Notes: generated by a model not told the origin, from the sequence alone. A stretch of 64,000 nt of DNA from Craspedostauros australis (GCA_030167865.1 JALAGF010001625.1:1-64000); one strand, 5' to 3'. Counted from the first letter of the stretch, positions 1-14,336 are shown. Program-made: numbers and translations.

Positions 1-720
1 TGCATGCATCATTCACAGGATTGGCAGCCAAGATGAAGACGATGTCGTGGTGATTGGCGAAGCACTGTCATCTGCGTCGTACAGCTCGTCAATGCGCTTC
101 GTCGTATTCCGAGACGATTGGCTGTTGCTGGTTTCCATTGTGAGACTGGTCAACGTGGAGTGTTGTTGGCTGTCCTGGCCTGGCACATTCTGTTGTTGCC
201 GCACGCAGTCATCATCTTGTCTTGCAGAGGAAGAGTCACACGATGTCTCTTCCTCTGTTGTGACTCGTTTCTCATGACGTGGAATACGTTCCCTGTGACG
301 TAGAAGACGGATCAGCGAGAGCAAACACGAAATAGCTTTAAATATCCAATCGCCGTTTCTCCCAAAAGCAAGCAAACCAGTGACAACAAGGGGCCAAAAC
401 TCCACAACTAGTGTTATCGTGAGTGCATCAACTGCGACCTGGAGGTAGTATCCACGCTGGAGGAATGCGGATACCCTTTCCATCCCATCCACGTTCACAT
501 TCACATTCACATCCATGGCTCGTACTCGTATCTGATTGATGACCCCTGGACATTGAAGAGTGCGGTTGTGCAATCGGTCTCTGCTCATCATTCAACTGAA
601 TTGAACAGCATTCAACTGCATTGAACTGCATTGAACAGCAGTAGGTGAAGGACGCAGGACGCTCCCTCATACAATCAATACTATCTGTGTGCTACTTCTA
701 CCCCTCGAGGAAACGACACG

Positions 721-3616
721 ATGTCCCGCTGGTTGTCATCCGTGAACACGCTGCTGACCCAGCTCGACGGTCAGGCGGAGATCGCCGTGGAGGAGCATCT
801 GCTGCAGACGAACGCCGCGGATGGCGACGGAGACGATGATGATGGTTTGCATTCTGGCGGTGACGCAGCGTTGGACAGCATCCTGGCCAAACGGGGTCTC
901 TCCTTCATGGATGGCGACGAGGATGGCGATGTCGATGCTGCTGATGAGAATGCTGATGTCGATGCTGGCATTAACGCTAACACAGACGATGGGTGGGATG
1001 CCTCCGCCTCCGACTTTGACTTTGACAACGACGACCAAGGCGCCAACGACACAACTGCTGACAAGCCTGTCGATGTCTCGACACAGGACTCCCAAACCCA
1101 AATCCAAGTTGAAGGAATGGCGACTCAGCCCGCGGAGACCGCGGAGGCTGATAAGGAGCTGAATGTAGGCGAGGATCAAGGTGAACTGCAAAGTGAACAA
1201 CAACAAAGTGCAAATGGAACTGCGGAAGCCTCCAACAACAACAGCAACAACAACAGCAACAACAAAGTTTCGGAAGGCGATCAAAGGGATTCAGACCCAT
1301 CGCAGGCAGGCGACGTTGAAAAGGAAGATGGTGCTGGGGACGTAGATGCTTCGACTGGCTTTGACCAGAATCAGAAAGGCGCATCTGCAACAAACACGAG
1401 CAAACCAGTTCCACCAACGCCGCCGCCTGGCCCACCAGCAGCCAGGACGGTCGTGACAGAGACGAAGCAAAAGGCTCAGCCCAAACCATCTTCTCCAGCG
1501 CCGGCATTCTCAACGCCGCCCCCATCCAAGGCGATGCCCAAGAACCCAATGCGTCCGCCTTCGTCGCACAAGCAAACCCCCACAGGAACCGCCAACATGA
1601 TCGCCAAGTCGGACTTTGTGCAAGTGCAGAAGGAGGCCAGGACGCTGCGTCGGCACGTCGTCTCCCTCAACAGCCAGCTCGAGGCTGCGGAATCGGAACT
1701 CAAGGCGCAGCGCGGGGAGCTCGAACAGGCCGCGGACAGGATGGAGAAGGACAGAACGAAGAACAAGAAGCAGCTCGAGGACATGAAGCAGCTGCATGCG
1801 AAGCAAATGGCCGCAAAGCAGAAGCAGCATGAGGACATACTCATGGAACGCCAGGCCAAGCTGGAACAGGAACAGCAGCAGTACCGAATGCACATTGCTG
1901 ATCTGGAATCCAGGCGACAGCAAGAGGGTGGCGATTGGAACAAGGAACTGACATCGGCGGTGGACAAGCACAGGGAATCCGAGGCAAAGATCACATCCCT
2001 GGAAGACGAGAGGTTGATCTTGCTCTCGCAGATATCAACCTTGCAGGCACAGCAGGAGACGCTGGGCTCAAGACTCGAATCTCTCACGCAAACCAGCGAC
2101 AACGCGATGGACCGCGAACGAGAGGCGGAGGAACGGCTCGACGCCATGCTTACGCAGCATGCCCACCAGATCGCACAGCGTCAGGCACGCGAGGCGGAGT
2201 TGGAAAAGACCGTTCATGAGCTGGGTGCTGCGCTGGTGGCAGCCAGGGCATCCACCGGCGGTGCTTCCGCCTCGGCCCTAGCCGATCCTTCCAAAGCCAA
2301 CGGAGTATCCGGTGAGGGTGACACTGCAGCGGGAGATCCCGTTGTAGACAGTTCCATGCTCAAGTCAAAAGTGCAAACGCTCGAGCAGGATTTGTCCAAT
2401 GCCCATTCCCAGCTGGACTTGGAGAGAGAGAGGGTACGCCATCTGTGCTGCGCGTTGCGCTTTTCGAGCAATGTCCCGTCATCTGCCTGTGTTGATCTCG
2501 TCTTGATTTGTATTGGTGTGGTGTGGTGTGGCGTGGTGGCTTTCTTTCGCCAGGTCCGTTTTTGCTCACACCATGATCACTCTCACATTCATACTCATGC
2601 AACTGATCACTGATTTCCATTCGACCGTTTCGATCTCAATACCAACTGCAATTGTAACTGCCAACGTCAACGCCAACATGACTGCGATTATATCCGAACC
2701 GCACATCCAACTATTATTGAACGATCAGAGCCAAGCACTGCACAAGCAACTCAAGGACCTGTCGAAGGAGACGACGCAGGAGGCATCTGCCGTGCATGCG
2801 AGACAAATCCAGAACGACCGACAAATCGCTGATCTCAACCTCACCGTTTCCAGACTCCAAGCCGATCTGCGGCATGCCAGCAACGACGTCGAAGGGCAGG
2901 CCGCGGAAGCCGAAGCATCGACGATGAGCAGGGAGAATGGACTGGCTAAAGAGGTCCAGGTCCTTTCCGAGGAGGTCCTCCGTCTGCGCACGCAAATGGG
3001 CAACCAGAACAGCGAAGTGATCACCTTGAAAAATCGCGTCAAATCCGCCAACGAGCGTGCCAACCAGGCAGAGAATGACCTGGCCATGGCACTTGCCAAC
3101 TCAAAGAACATGTCGGACTCCGCCTACGACACCATGGAGCGGGATTCGGCGCCGATGAGCGGAACGGGCCTCAGCCGACGCCGTCGCAACGCCAACTCGT
3201 CCAGCATCCGATCGGCGATCCAGCTCCATCCTGGGCACGGCGACAGAGCGGAGCAAATCGGAAAGGCGATCGATGTCGTCGATGATTTCGCCGTCTCCAC
3301 AGGAAAGTACCTACGGCGCAATCCATTGGCGCGCGCTGGGTTCCTCATGTACCTCGTCCTGATTCACACGTGGTCATTCGTGCTGCTCTTCTTCCACGCG
3401 CATTCCTTCGAGAACATACACGGAGACTTCGGAGCTGGAGTGGGCGCGGCGCATGGACCCCATGCGCTCATGGAGCACAGCGAGAATGTCGTCAAGCTCC
3501 CACCGGTGACGCCGGAGGCTGAGCCTGCCGCAGCGGCCGACAAGATCAAAGAAGCCAAGCAAGCAGCACCCAAGGTCGATGCGCAAGCAGCTGCTGATGA
3601 TGCGAAGAAGCGTTAA
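721..3616 (+). CDS. Golgin-84 (GOLGA5)-like coiled-coil Golgi tether; exons 721-2433 and 2729-3616
   Basis: N-terminal MSRWLSSVNTLLTQLD resembles the golgin-84 N-terminal motif. A long coiled coil follows. C-terminal GKYLRRNPLARAGFLMYLVLIHTWSFVLL resembles the golgin-84 TM region. Phase-0 intron 2434-2728 (GTACGC...TCAG) joins the two ORFs in frame. Confidence 0.85.
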
Positions 3617-4017
3617 GCACAGCATTGTCATGTTGGCCATGCATGCTCTGAATGAGAAACAAACACAAGACAATGGACCGGTCATACTAGCACTGACGCA
3701 GGCACAGGCACGTTATAGGTGTACGCTTACAGCTTCACATTCTAATAAGAGTACGTTGTACAATATTGTTCATACTTCCCAGTACATTCATCACATTCGA
3801 CAAATCCAATGAGCGCCGCATTACACCCACATGAAAGTCTGGCGTCGTATCACATCGTATCCGTGCATACACAATGGCGACCCGTCGTATCAGTGGCACG
3901 CGTTGCCTTTCGCGTTGCCCGCTCTTCCGTTTGTCCTCCCCCGTCGACCCGTTGGAAACTCTTGGACATGATGCGACACAAGTGGATGAATCCGACGTCG
4001 CATCGCGATGATCGCAC

Positions 4018-7000
4018 CTAGATGATGCTATCTCCCCCAGGCGCAAGGTTTTCCATCTCTGGGTCGGTACCTTCCCGCAGCTGCCGCCGCAGGTACTCCA
4101 GGCTCGGCCGCGTGCTGGAGCTACCGTAGTCGATCTCCGACATCAACCGGACGGATTCGCTGCTCCTGCTCTTGGTCCGGAGGAAGGGCATCAATTTGCC
4201 CTTGCGGCCGTGCGATTGAGAAATCTTATGATCGATGCCCATCCCTTGCGACAGCCGCGTTCCTTTCGTGCCTTTCTTTCTGGTGAGTCCGTCAGACACC
4301 ATCGTGGACGTTCTCCACCTACGCCGATACCACACTATGGCGGCGCAGCAGAGAATCATGATGGAGCTCATTGCAACGATGATCCACATGCCGGACTTGG
4401 CCATGAGCATGCCGAACTTCTGATGTCCTGTCATGGATGGCTTCATTGGTCGACCTGCCTGAGGCGGCAGGACGGTTGAAGCGGGTGCCTGACACGCATC
4501 CAGGTCACCCAGCTTGCCAATCCAAGCGCATTTGATCCCCAACGGTTCGTAGGTCTCTGCCAGCATGAAGAACAGCTGGCGACCGGTTGTGGAAGTGACC
4601 GCGCCGTCCGTTTCGTCGTCGCTAGCAGCATCAATGTTCAGCATGCGATCGATGGTCTGTGCTGTGGACGGCGCGATACTGTGAATGATCGGAACCATCA
4701 TTCTCGAAAAGATGTGGGCCCGGATCATTTCAATTTCCACTGGGATGTTCTTCACGTGAGACGATGAAGATGTTGGAGTGGAAGAGGCGAGCGACACGGC
4801 GACGGTGGACCTCAGCATCCCTTGGATCATGGGGACCATGAGGGTGGAGCTGACTTGCTCCGTCGCACGTTGGAGGCCTTCGCAGTTGCGCGCCTTGGCG
4901 ATGTTCCTTCCCATCTCCAGCAACTTGATGAGCTTGCCATTGAGCTGAGCGTTGCTCTTGTTGGCGACCTGCCCGCATGTGCCAAAGTCTTCGCACAGAT
5001 CCTGAACCAGAGTGTACCACATGTGCCCATCTGATTTGGAACCGCCTTGTTCGGGCCCTTCCAAGTGACCGATCAGAATCGCAGCAGCATGGTCCCATGC
5101 AACCATGGAGTCGTATGACACGCCGTTGCCTTCGCATCGTTCCACGGATTGGTACAGGTTACGCAGCGCATCGAAGAAGACCGTGTATACCTGCAAACTT
5201 CTGGTAATGATCTCTCGTCGTTCTGAATTCTTCCAGGGCGCCGTCGCGTCCAGTGCGGACCTGATCATTTGCCTCATCGGATCTTGGGCCTTGAAGTACT
5301 CGTCGTACTGGACGAAGTGTGGCACGATCCGCAGCCCGTTCGTATTGGCTGTCAAGTGATGCAAACTTCGACTGGCGCCATCAACCTTTCCATTTTCCAA
5401 TGATGACAACAAAGGACCATGATGGCCAACATCGTAGATTTCGCTTGCGGCTCTGTAGGCCTTCATTTCGAGCATGGTGTCCAACTCAGCAGCATCTAGA
5501 TCCAAATGTGAAATCTGGGCCAGAATGACAACGGGGATGGAGAATGCCGTATATCATTCGTAGTGTTTTTTGTTTTTCCAATGCGGGTAAATGACATGAA
5601 ACGAAGTGAAATAGAATGTGATGGAATGAAATGATGGTGAGCAGGGGTTTGAGCTGGCCGTGCACATTGAATGAATGTGATTAGATTTGGCTGATTGCCG
5701 TTCATGATCACTCGCTCTCCCAAAACAAGCAAGGATTGCATTCGCAGCCCGTGTAGTCTTCATCAACAACAGCATGGCGTGGGGAGCGACGCAATAAGGT
5801 GAAAATCAACGCAATTGATGCGCGCAACGTATGCTCGCAACATGCAGCAGAACATCCAGCTCTGTGTTGCACATCACACGCTGCTTACCGTCTGCACGTT
5901 GCTGATCGGGCGATACCCAGCCAAGGAAACCAGCGGGTCTGCGTTGTGGCAGTGCAACCGGTCGGTTCCAACAGGACCAACCAAAAGATGGGCCCCAATC
6001 TGTTTGCAGGCCAACCCTAGGCAAGGCAAGGAGGACTGTATCATGGCAAAGATCTTTCCGAGATCAGACACTTCGTAGTTCCCGCCCAACAGTAGCTCCT
6101 TCAGTTGGCTGAATGTGTCGTCTCCGCATGTCCTGATCAAGGGGACGAACGCATGCGAGTACAGCTGTACTGCGTGACTATTGCCGACTCGAAGGGAATG
6201 GATGAGCCCACGGACGATGGGGACCGTCATGTCGGATGTGATCTTTTGCACAGCGTCATGCAACTCGAGAACACGGGCGTATGACGAAGAGGTGCAGTTC
6301 GCCATTGAGTCCAAGACCAGCCAGGCTTCTCCGACGTGAGCGAGCAATTCTTTGCTGGTGCCAGCGTCCGACTTGCCAATGGTTTCGAAGTGGCGGGCAT
6401 TCGTTTCGGATACGAAGTGCATGGACTCGCCGGTCCTTTTCGAATTTCCCACCACGGCACCACCGAACCACAGATCGATGGCATCAAGCAACACATCAGC
6501 CGGGTTGTCATCGGAATCGGTATTCTGACCGTCCGTTTCAGTGCATGCGTGAAGCACGTTGTGTAGTCGGTGGATGATGTACATCCACATGTTCAAAATG
6601 ATGCTCGCCTCCGAAGTCAAAACAGCAGAATCTCTCGATTTGAACATCTGCTGGATGACTTTGTCGGCATAGTTCCGGCTGGCTGCCATTCCAATCCCTG
6701 TTTTGGTTCCGAAAGTGTCCAAGAACTTCATGAACACAGGCTCGCCGAGCATATTGGATGTTTCGTCCGTCGAAAGCGTTTGCAGAGTTGGGTAATTTTC
6801 CGTGGAATCCGGGATGACGATTCCCAGCTCGTAGATCCTGGCGGCTTCGGGGATGTTGCCATGGTTGAGGCTGACCCTCATCGTCTTGACGTCTCTTGCC
6901 AGCTTCTTCGACTTGGCAGAGTGAGAAACAAGACTACCTCCCAAGTGTTCCATGCTGGATACCAGCTGCAGCTCCGAGAGGCACACCGGACCGAATCGGG

Positions 7001-10000
7001 CATTGCGATATTCGCCGATCTGCTCGCAATCAACTGCAAGGTCGTGGATGCCTTGAGCCATCGCACGGAAGGTGATTTCTGTGTCGACATTGTGCTTCGC
7101 TGCTGTGATGCTTGGAAAAGCCAGTTCGATCAATGCCGCATTCGTGCTGTTGACGATGCTCATCTCCGGTAGGATGGACCGCGACAGAGTGTAACCGGAC
7201 GAAGTAGCCCTTTTCTGTGCCATCGAGTTGAAGTTCGACCCGTGAAGGATAGCAGCATAGTGCCACGTTGCTTGAATCATCGGGACGTACAGCTTGCGCG
7301 GGAGGACGTAGTCGAGCATGTCCTCCAGTGAACCGCATTGCGACTTCTCGATGTATTCCTTGGCGGTTTCGAATGCCTTGAATATCTCGGTGTTCACCAT
7401 GGCATGGCCAGAGGCGTCGCAAGTGCCAAAGCTCTGGCAGTGCTCGTCGCCGAGCGAGTGCATCGAAGAACCTTGCAACGGCATCACGGAGCTCTCCATG
7501 CCGTCGGTTCCTTCCAGTTGCTTCGATCGGATCTCGTTGCCAGATAGTCCCATGTACAGTTCTTCTGCAAAGGCTAGTTTCGTATGAGCCGAATCCTGGA
7601 ATCCATTCCAGCACGAGTGCACCGCTCCCTTGATCAATGCCATCGCTGCCATGGGTGTGATCAGCGATTGGAACGTTCGAGTGGAAACGTCCGACGTTGT
7701 CTGACCTGGGAGGTTGGAATTGCGCCCATCCTGCTCCATCAGATCGAGCATCATTTCGTGAGCGTACATGTCACTTCCGAAATACTGGGAGAATGCATCG
7801 AAGTGGGTGACATTCGCGCGGCCCGGCAACGTGGCCAAATCCTTCAAGGTGACGAAGAATCCATTCGAGAGCAAACCGCCATGGCCGTGCTCGTAGCAAT
7901 CCAGAGCCGCACGAGGTGATTTTGCTCTGAAGAAGACGTCGATTCGTTTGACGTCTAGCTCCATGCGAGCGTACGCGGTTTGGTTGTCGATTGAAGTGCT
8001 AGGCAAGGACTTGATGACCATATGCGGCTCATCGGAGCACAGTTGATCCACAAACATGCGCAGTCCAGCGTTGGCAGAGCTTGAATTGGTCACAGCGATA
8101 TCCTGGCACGTTATCTCCAAGCAATCCAGACAGCTTCGAAGGGCTGACATGACCTTCTTCGATAGCCTTGTGGCGCTGAAGTTGACGAAGAATGTTTGGC
8201 TTAGCTCGTCGAATGCAGCCTTGTTGCATGCGGCGATATACGGGAATATGGCGACTGAATAGAGCTCAACGCGCCATGTGTCATCCAGCGCAACCGCATG
8301 CATCAGATGTTGCATCAATGGGATCGTCAGAGACTTGATGATCTGATTCGTCTTCGCGCGCATACTGGAAGGAGCGAGTGCGTCCACATCGCACGTCTGT
8401 GCCAACGATTTAAGGTCATTGAACTGGAGCGCAACTTCTGAATTCAATGGAGCCTCGTCACCCGTGTGTCCAAACATTGTGGATGCCGTCTCTATCATCG
8501 AGTAGAGCAGCCATCCGTTGGCCAACGCCCCGCTATCGACGCCCTTTCCGATCCACAGTGCGACGGCTGCGTCGATATGATGAAGAGGTTCGTTGCCATC
8601 GATGCATGCACGGACGGCTGCATGGAGCTTGTGCGTGAGCATCATCCACACGTTGAGCGCAACGCTGGCTTCTGCCGCGAATTTCGTGTCATTTCCTGAC
8701 CGGAGTGCTTCGCTAACAATCTCATCTGCGAAGGCGTACGAGCGGTCTGTGGAGAAATCGTCTTCGCTGTACAGACCGAATTTGAAGATGTTGAACACCG
8801 GGTCGTCGCTCATATAGAACTGCGCTCCCACGCTGAGCGATGATAGACTGCGGAAAGTGACCTCGTCGGCAAATCCAGATGCGGTCGCGTGTTTGCCCTC
8901 GCGGTAGATGGAACGAGCTTCGTCGGTGCTGGCTGCATTCGTCATGTCGCGCACATCCAGAGCGAACGATGCGAATCCGTTTGCAATTTGGGCATTTGAA
9001 AACTGAAACCTGCTGTAATACAACGCAGGTTGGCCATCGGTCGTCTCCGATACCTGTGTTAGGGAGACCGGATTATTCGCCGGGTTGGAGAGATCGGCAA
9101 TGGCATCCGTGGTGTTGGCGTTGGCGTTGTTTTCGAGGACCGGTGAGAACGGAGTTGTGAATGCCGTCGTCGGTTCCAGCGTCGATGTATCGATGGACAC
9201 CGTTTGCGTTGGCGTTGCGGTCGGGAGGCGCGTTGGAGAGGGCGTCGGAGAACGTGTCTGAAAACGTGTCGGAGAATTCGTTGGCGATGATGACTTTGTC
9301 ACGGCCGGCTTCAGTGATGCCTTGGAAGTGGAGTGGTGAAACAAAGTCGACGAACGATGCAGCCGCGTCGGAACCTGCGTTGGGACAAGCGATGGTGTAT
9401 CTGATGGGATGAAGGATGGTTGATCTGTTGCGCTGTTGGGCGCTGATGCCTCCGAAGCCGATGCGGATGAGGGTGGTGATAACGTGTCATTCTGTGACTG
9501 CAGGGTGGCGGAACCAGTGGAAACCGCTGCTGATGTTGCATTCGACGGTCCCATGGATGGTCCCATGGATGGTTCCTGGTTTGATGAACTGGCCGTAGTC
9601 ATGGTGGTTGGCGGCGAGGTGTTCACGTTTGCATCAGCCTCGTCTATCCCTGTTCCATCTTCGCCCGCAGCCGAAGTGTTTGGATCCCAGACGCATCCTT
9701 CATTGCAGACCGTGTTTTCCGGATCCAGTTCCCAGTTCCCAATGCCCTTGCAGTCGATCGCAAGCTTCGTCACGGAGGTTTGCAAACTGCTGACGATGGC
9801 TGAAGTTGGTCTGTACGTCGATTGTTGTCCCGCATCCATCATCCAGCTCTTCTGCAGCGTGGCGATCGCGCTGGAATCAACCTGCTTGATGATGGGCTGG
9901 ATGCTCATGGCGAAAGCGTGGGCCGCTCCTTCGACGTGATCCTTCGAATCATTCAGAGGGTTTTCGGACAGGTCGGCAAAGGCAATGTATCCTTGAAACA

Positions 10001-12556
10001 GTGGAATGTGTAGTAGGGGGAGAATATCTCGCAAGGTTGATGCTTGTACCGTTGCGCAGTCCTCTTGGTGGAGACGCTCTCGGTTGCTTTGGAACAGCTC
10101 GATCAGTTGGAGGTTGGAGTTCGACTGCCTGTGCTCAACATCGACCGCGCACGTTCCAAAAGCCTTGCACAGTTCCTTCGATGTTGCGTACAGATTTTGG
10201 CCGAAGCTCGATCCGTTGGTGCTCTCCATGGAACCCACGTAGAATGCCACGGCCTCGTCCCATGCGCGCACGCTGGATTCGACTTCGTTGTTGAGGCACT
10301 TTTCGATGGAGGTCGAAATTGAGGCGGTGATGGACATCTGCAGCAACACAGAGACTGCCAATCCTGTAATAAGTTCGGAGGCGTAAAGGTGGGAGATTTT
10401 GTTGAACGGCGCGTTTCGTTGCAATGCGTTGGTGATGGTGTAGTCCGCATTTAGCAGCATGCTGCTGTCGAACATGGCTTTGTACGGGCCAAGGTGCGAC
10501 TGTCGCGTGGCCAGCTTGCGCGTGGCAAGTTCGTGGAGCGAATGCGGCGCGGTCGCTGTTGTGCCGTACAGGTACACATCCAGCGCAGCGTCCATCGCGT
10601 CTCTGCCAATGAGAATCCCCAGGTGTCTTACATCGCGATCGATTGTCGACGATGAGACGAACGATTGCTCTGGAGATGTGTACCCGCCAAGCGTGATGGA
10701 CGTGGTTGGTTCGTCGTTGCATTGGCCAGCTAGGTCAGACGCGTGTGGGTGTTCGTTGTAGCTTCCAACATCAGCGCATCGGACGTGAAAGCACGTGGCG
10801 TACGTGTTCTGCAGCGCTTGGATGGTATTCTTCTTTTCTTCATCGCCGCTCAGGGTGTTGAGCGCTCCCATGTTGAGATAGTCTTGGAAGGTCTGTGGAT
10901 CGCATGCCATGATCCGTGGGATGATGCTAAGGCCGTAAATGTTGATGAAGTCGGGCATGTTCTCACTCTCCTTGTTGGCGATATGGTGGATCATATTTTG
11001 CAAGAGAGGGACCGACATGAAACCGATCGTCTCGAGAATGGAGTCGCGGAAACTTGATATACTCACAGTAATGGCAGCGGTGACGGTGGTCTCCGTGGTC
11101 GCCAAAATATCATGGTCGCCGTTGCTGCTGCTGCAAACTTGTCCGGCGCTGAGCTGCTGCTGCAGTTGGTTGAATTGCTGGATGATTCGTGTGTTCATCT
11201 TTGCTTCTCCAGAGTTGTCATCATTCGTCGAAACGCTGGCGTCCGAATCGATTTGGTTGAATCGAGCGCCGGCCTCATGCGCCAAGTTGTACAACGAGTA
11301 TCCATCCTGCGGCAGCCCGATCCAGAGTGCGGCTGATCGGTCCAGCGCCTCGGTTGCAGTTTGCGGGTCATGATCCTGCGTGCACGCCGTGTACATTGAC
11401 CAGAGCTCATGCACAGTCGCCATCCACACGTTGAGTATTTGTATCCCTTCGATCACGATGTTGGGGACATCGATGATGAAGAGATCACGGACGATGGCAT
11501 CTGCATATTCCTCGACCGGCTGGCCTGCGAACTGTCCCATTTCTTGTTCCCCATATCGCTGTCCAAGGTCGTTGAAGGCGTACAGGTAGAGATTGTAGAT
11601 GAGATCATCTCGCATCATTTCCCCCGATGCTGTGCTTAGATCTGCATACGACATTGATTCTCTGCGCAATGCATCAGAGAATGCGATTGATCGCGCATTC
11701 GTATTGTGCGAGTCGAATGATTGGTGGCACACATGCGTGAAAGAGAGCACAAAGTCGAGTGTTGTTTTGGATGATGAGTCAGTGCCAGTCAGCATTGACG
11801 ATCAATGGCCAGAACTTTCGAGTGCTCCACTCTTTTCTCTCTACATAGTGGAGGGAGCAAGTAGAGTGGGGCGGAGCAGAATGGGGTGGAGTCGAGCATG
11901 AAAAATAGCTTGCAACAGGAGAGCGGCAGTATAGCGGGGGGCGCCGATCAATTCACAAGCCATCTGAAACACGATAGCCTTACCTTTCCTCTGTTTGTTG
12001 ATTCCGTATTATGTACCCATTACGTCCCTGTTGCGTGTTGCGTGTTGAGAGCGAGGGCGCCGGCATGAGCACGATAATTTGAAAAGTGGAGTGAGAGTGA
12101 GAGTGAGAGTGGGAATTGCGATAAGAGAAGAGTGGAGTGGAGTGCAGTGCAGTGTAGTGTGAGGGCGTTTGTGGTCGAGAGATACGAGAAGAAAGCAATT
12201 GATTGGACGTTGCCAATCAGTCCATTTCCATCCATGCCAGGAGGTATCACCGCGAGGATTTGGCCTCTGTTCTTGGAGCTTACATTGTTATATATCTCCA
12301 TCTGAGCATTCGCGTCGCTGGCTTCGTCTTTTATCTGCCTCCCATCGAGGGAAAGATCGAGAATGCCTTGGACATCGGTGGATGCGACGTAACGCCCACC
12401 GAGCATCGATGTCCCGAATGCAGCCTCTGATTCTGATGCAGTTTGTGGTGCCGCTGCTGTTGTGTTTCCTGATGCAGCTGCTGATACTGACGCCAATGGC
12501 AACAGGATACACGGCGCTAGCATGGCATGCCACAGTGCCATCTTCGACTGCTTCAT
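4018..12556 (-). CDS. Giant multi-domain FEA1/ISIP2a (phytotransferrin)-like type I membrane protein, paralog 1 (about 2528 aa); exons 12556-12284, 12027-11984, 11661-5889, 5514-4018
   Basis: Signal peptide (MALWHAMLAPCILLPLASVSA). Six repeated domains carry motifs such as AWDEAVAFYVGSME, LYxxxxxxCxxFGTC, VPxIQGxL and CxxIG. A long S/T/P linker and a TM helix near 4325-4390 are present. All three GT-AG introns are phase-consistent (7587 nt total). Confidence 0.8.
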
Positions 12557-12829
12557 GCTGTCAGTGCTGGGATGATGAGATGAGCGCGGCGCGTGATTCG
12601 ATGACGACTGTGGATGTCTCTTGCTGATTGCTTTCCAGCGCGGCTTGTTGAAATGGGGATGAGTGTCGTGCTTGCGCTTGAGCTTGTCCTGGTTCTTTCG
12701 CGTATGCACACTCTCTTCCTCGTCTCTCTTGTTGATTCGAAAGATCGAACGATTGAATGCTTCTTGGTCGGTTGATCGATCGTTCGATCGACTCCTTGAT
12801 TGATGATGTGATCACCGGACTGCGTGGTT

Positions 12830-12868
12830 GATGGACGATGGACGATGGACGATGGACGATGGACGATG
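12830..12868. repeat. (GATGGAC)x5 tandem repeat upstream of FEA1-like paralog 1
   Basis: Read directly from the sequence. Confidence 0.9.
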
Positions 12869-14336
12869 AGCTCTTGGAGGTGCTTTCAGTGTGGCCCCCA
12901 CCGTGGCTCCAGCTTTATTGTTGTTGCTGTTGTTGTTCCTGTTGTCGATGTCGAGGCCGACGGTGCTCGTTTTCTGTGGTCTCACAACATTGCTCCATGG
13001 TCAGCCCGTCTTCGTGCCAACGAGCACCTCATTGCAAAGAGCACCGCGGACACATCTCTCCCCGGAGAGAACAGCACGATCAGTCACGTTGCCGTCACAC
13101 ACGTCCACCATGAGAGGATCGTCGCTGTGGAGGACTTGTCTGGGAAGGGTTTTTCGTGATGAAATTGTGGTTACGTGACTTCCACCATGTTTTGTTGTCC
13201 ATGGTGGACACAAATCGACGGATTCTCATGTCGTTCCGACATGACACACACGAATAAAAAAGCACAATCCATCCGTTGTGTTTGCTCTTTGATCCAATTG
13301 GTCAAAGAGAAGTGTGTATTTGTCTGTGTGAAAGGTGTGTGGTGAACTGCTTCCCTGTTGGTCGTATGGGTCAAGTGGATGTTTAGGCAGAAGTTGCTGA
13401 CGTTGCATTGGGGCATGTCAAGGTTGTCATCAGTTGTGACATCTTGATAACTCTCGCTTGTGTCACAGTCATGGTCGTGCCATAACTGTGCCACGCGGGA
13501 AAAGGCTGCGCGCGCATGTCACGACATCATCGCTAAACGGTCGCTTCTGCAGCGGTTTTCCGATTGCGAGGTTCTCATCGTTCATCACATCTCGTGCAGA
13601 AAGTTCTCAATAGCATTCTCGAAGTTGATGCACAAGAACGCTGCCAAACCAACAAGAACATTCGCAACGGTCACATCACTCACAAAAGAGTACGAGTGGA
13701 CCGAACGAGCACAACTACAAGGAGGAGGTCACAAAGAAAAGAAAGAGACAAAAAGTCAGATTCTCATTGATCGGAAGCAACACACACAAGGAGGCAATCG
13801 CGAAAGACCACGAGCTACATCGCGAGCAAGCAGAGAGCGTCTCTGTTGGGAGCACACACGATCACTCCACACAACCACGAATACAAATTCGAGTACCATA
13901 CTATACAAGAGTATTATTGAGTGGGCAGAGCCTTCAGTGCACACTTGCGACAAACCAATCCAGGCAAAGCACCATACTCTACACCAAACCATATAAGTTG
14001 ACAGCCACTACCGAGAACACAACGTGGAAGGTGCCATCATCGTGCTCGTATCTGCATCCAATTCGTTTCGACTCGACTCGACTCGATCCAATCTCCCGAT
14101 CGCATTCTGCTGCATCGCAACCACTGCTCAAGCCGTTGGATTCTTCAATCTGACAGCGAAAAGAATTTCATCACGTCAAGAGCGAGCAGAAGAAAGCCTG
14201 ACAAACGTCGCGTCGTACCCCCAGCTCGTACTCCAACATCCATCAACAAGGACAAGGACATCAACAGGAGGAGGAGGAGGAGGAGGAGCAGTAGCAACAG
14301 GGACATTCGCCCATTCATTCACTTCGTTCGTTGACT

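Noticed and set aside
13-591. Possible first exon of a minus-strand gene at the left edge (METSNSQSSRNTTK..., ATG near 138)
   Set aside because: No recognisable domain, and any continuation lies outside the window, so it cannot be supported.
12560-13520. Search for published diatom iron-responsive promoter motifs upstream of the FEA1-like genes; shared ATCAATCAAGG 11-mer at 12794-12804 and 52253-52263
   Set aside because: Only partial matches (e.g. GCGCATG near 13512) were found by eye. ATCAATCA-type low-complexity sequence is common elsewhere in this window.
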